Assembly: GCA_963780475.1 (NCBI GenBank)
Contig: CAWACB010000001.1
Coordinates: 5,897-69,896, forward strand
From: an uncultured Solirubrobacterales bacterium
GTDB lineage: Bacteria; Actinomycetota; Thermoleophilia; Solirubrobacterales; JBBDJG01
DNA: 64,000 nt
Direction of reading: 5' to 3'
Shown: positions 63,931 through 64,000 of the stretch, one piece after another
Position numbering within the stretch: position 1 is the first letter of the stretch
Layout: every line of letters starts with the position of its first letter
The notes under the pieces: model-generated
What the model saw: the letters and a program-made list of their open reading frames with translations, nothing else
Database searches by the model: none
Told to the model about the DNA's origin: nothing
Made by a program: the position numbers and the translations under genes

Positions 63931-64000
63931 ATGTCCCGGGCCATCTTCCACACGAACGCCGGCAAGATCACCGTCGAGCTGTTCGACGAGGACGCGCCGA
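63931..64000 (+). CDS. Cyclophilin-type peptidyl-prolyl isomerase (5' partial)
   Basis: MSRAIFHTNAGKITVELFDEDAP is a typical cyclophilin N-terminus. Confidence 0.75.
   Translation, partial: MSRAIFHTNAGKITVELFDEDAP

Overview
High-GC bacterial chromosomal DNA with the gene content of an actinobacterium, most consistent with Thermoleophilia/Solirubrobacterales (inference from recalled homologues, not a database search). It holds about 55 CDS and no rRNA, tRNA, CRISPR array or transposase. At least 14 otherwise intact genes carry single-base frameshifts, which looks like long-read consensus error rather than true pseudogenes. Recognisable content: a methylglucose-lipopolysaccharide-like cluster (Rv3030/3031/3032/3038c-like), ggt, a parA-ftsZ pair, two ArsA/Get3-like ATPases, pilT, an rpoD-family sigma factor, moeA, glpX, egtB-egtD, sqdB near glycosyltransferases, a 2-oxoglutarate dehydrogenase fused into one polypeptide, several Ca-binding secreted proteins and a ~6.9 kb repeat-rich surface protein gene. 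Best candidates for undescribed biology: (1) an FtsZ outside the dcw cluster, overlapping an orphan ParA gene and carrying an N-terminal extension that begins with a ParA-partner-like peptide; (2) intergenic mosaics of fixed-length 45-46 bp palindromes with conserved ends and centre but variable arms, including a regularly spaced triple array at 7793-7961; (3) a possible lipid-carrier sulfoquinovose glycosylation route; (4) a LexA-like box upstream of the sigma factor.
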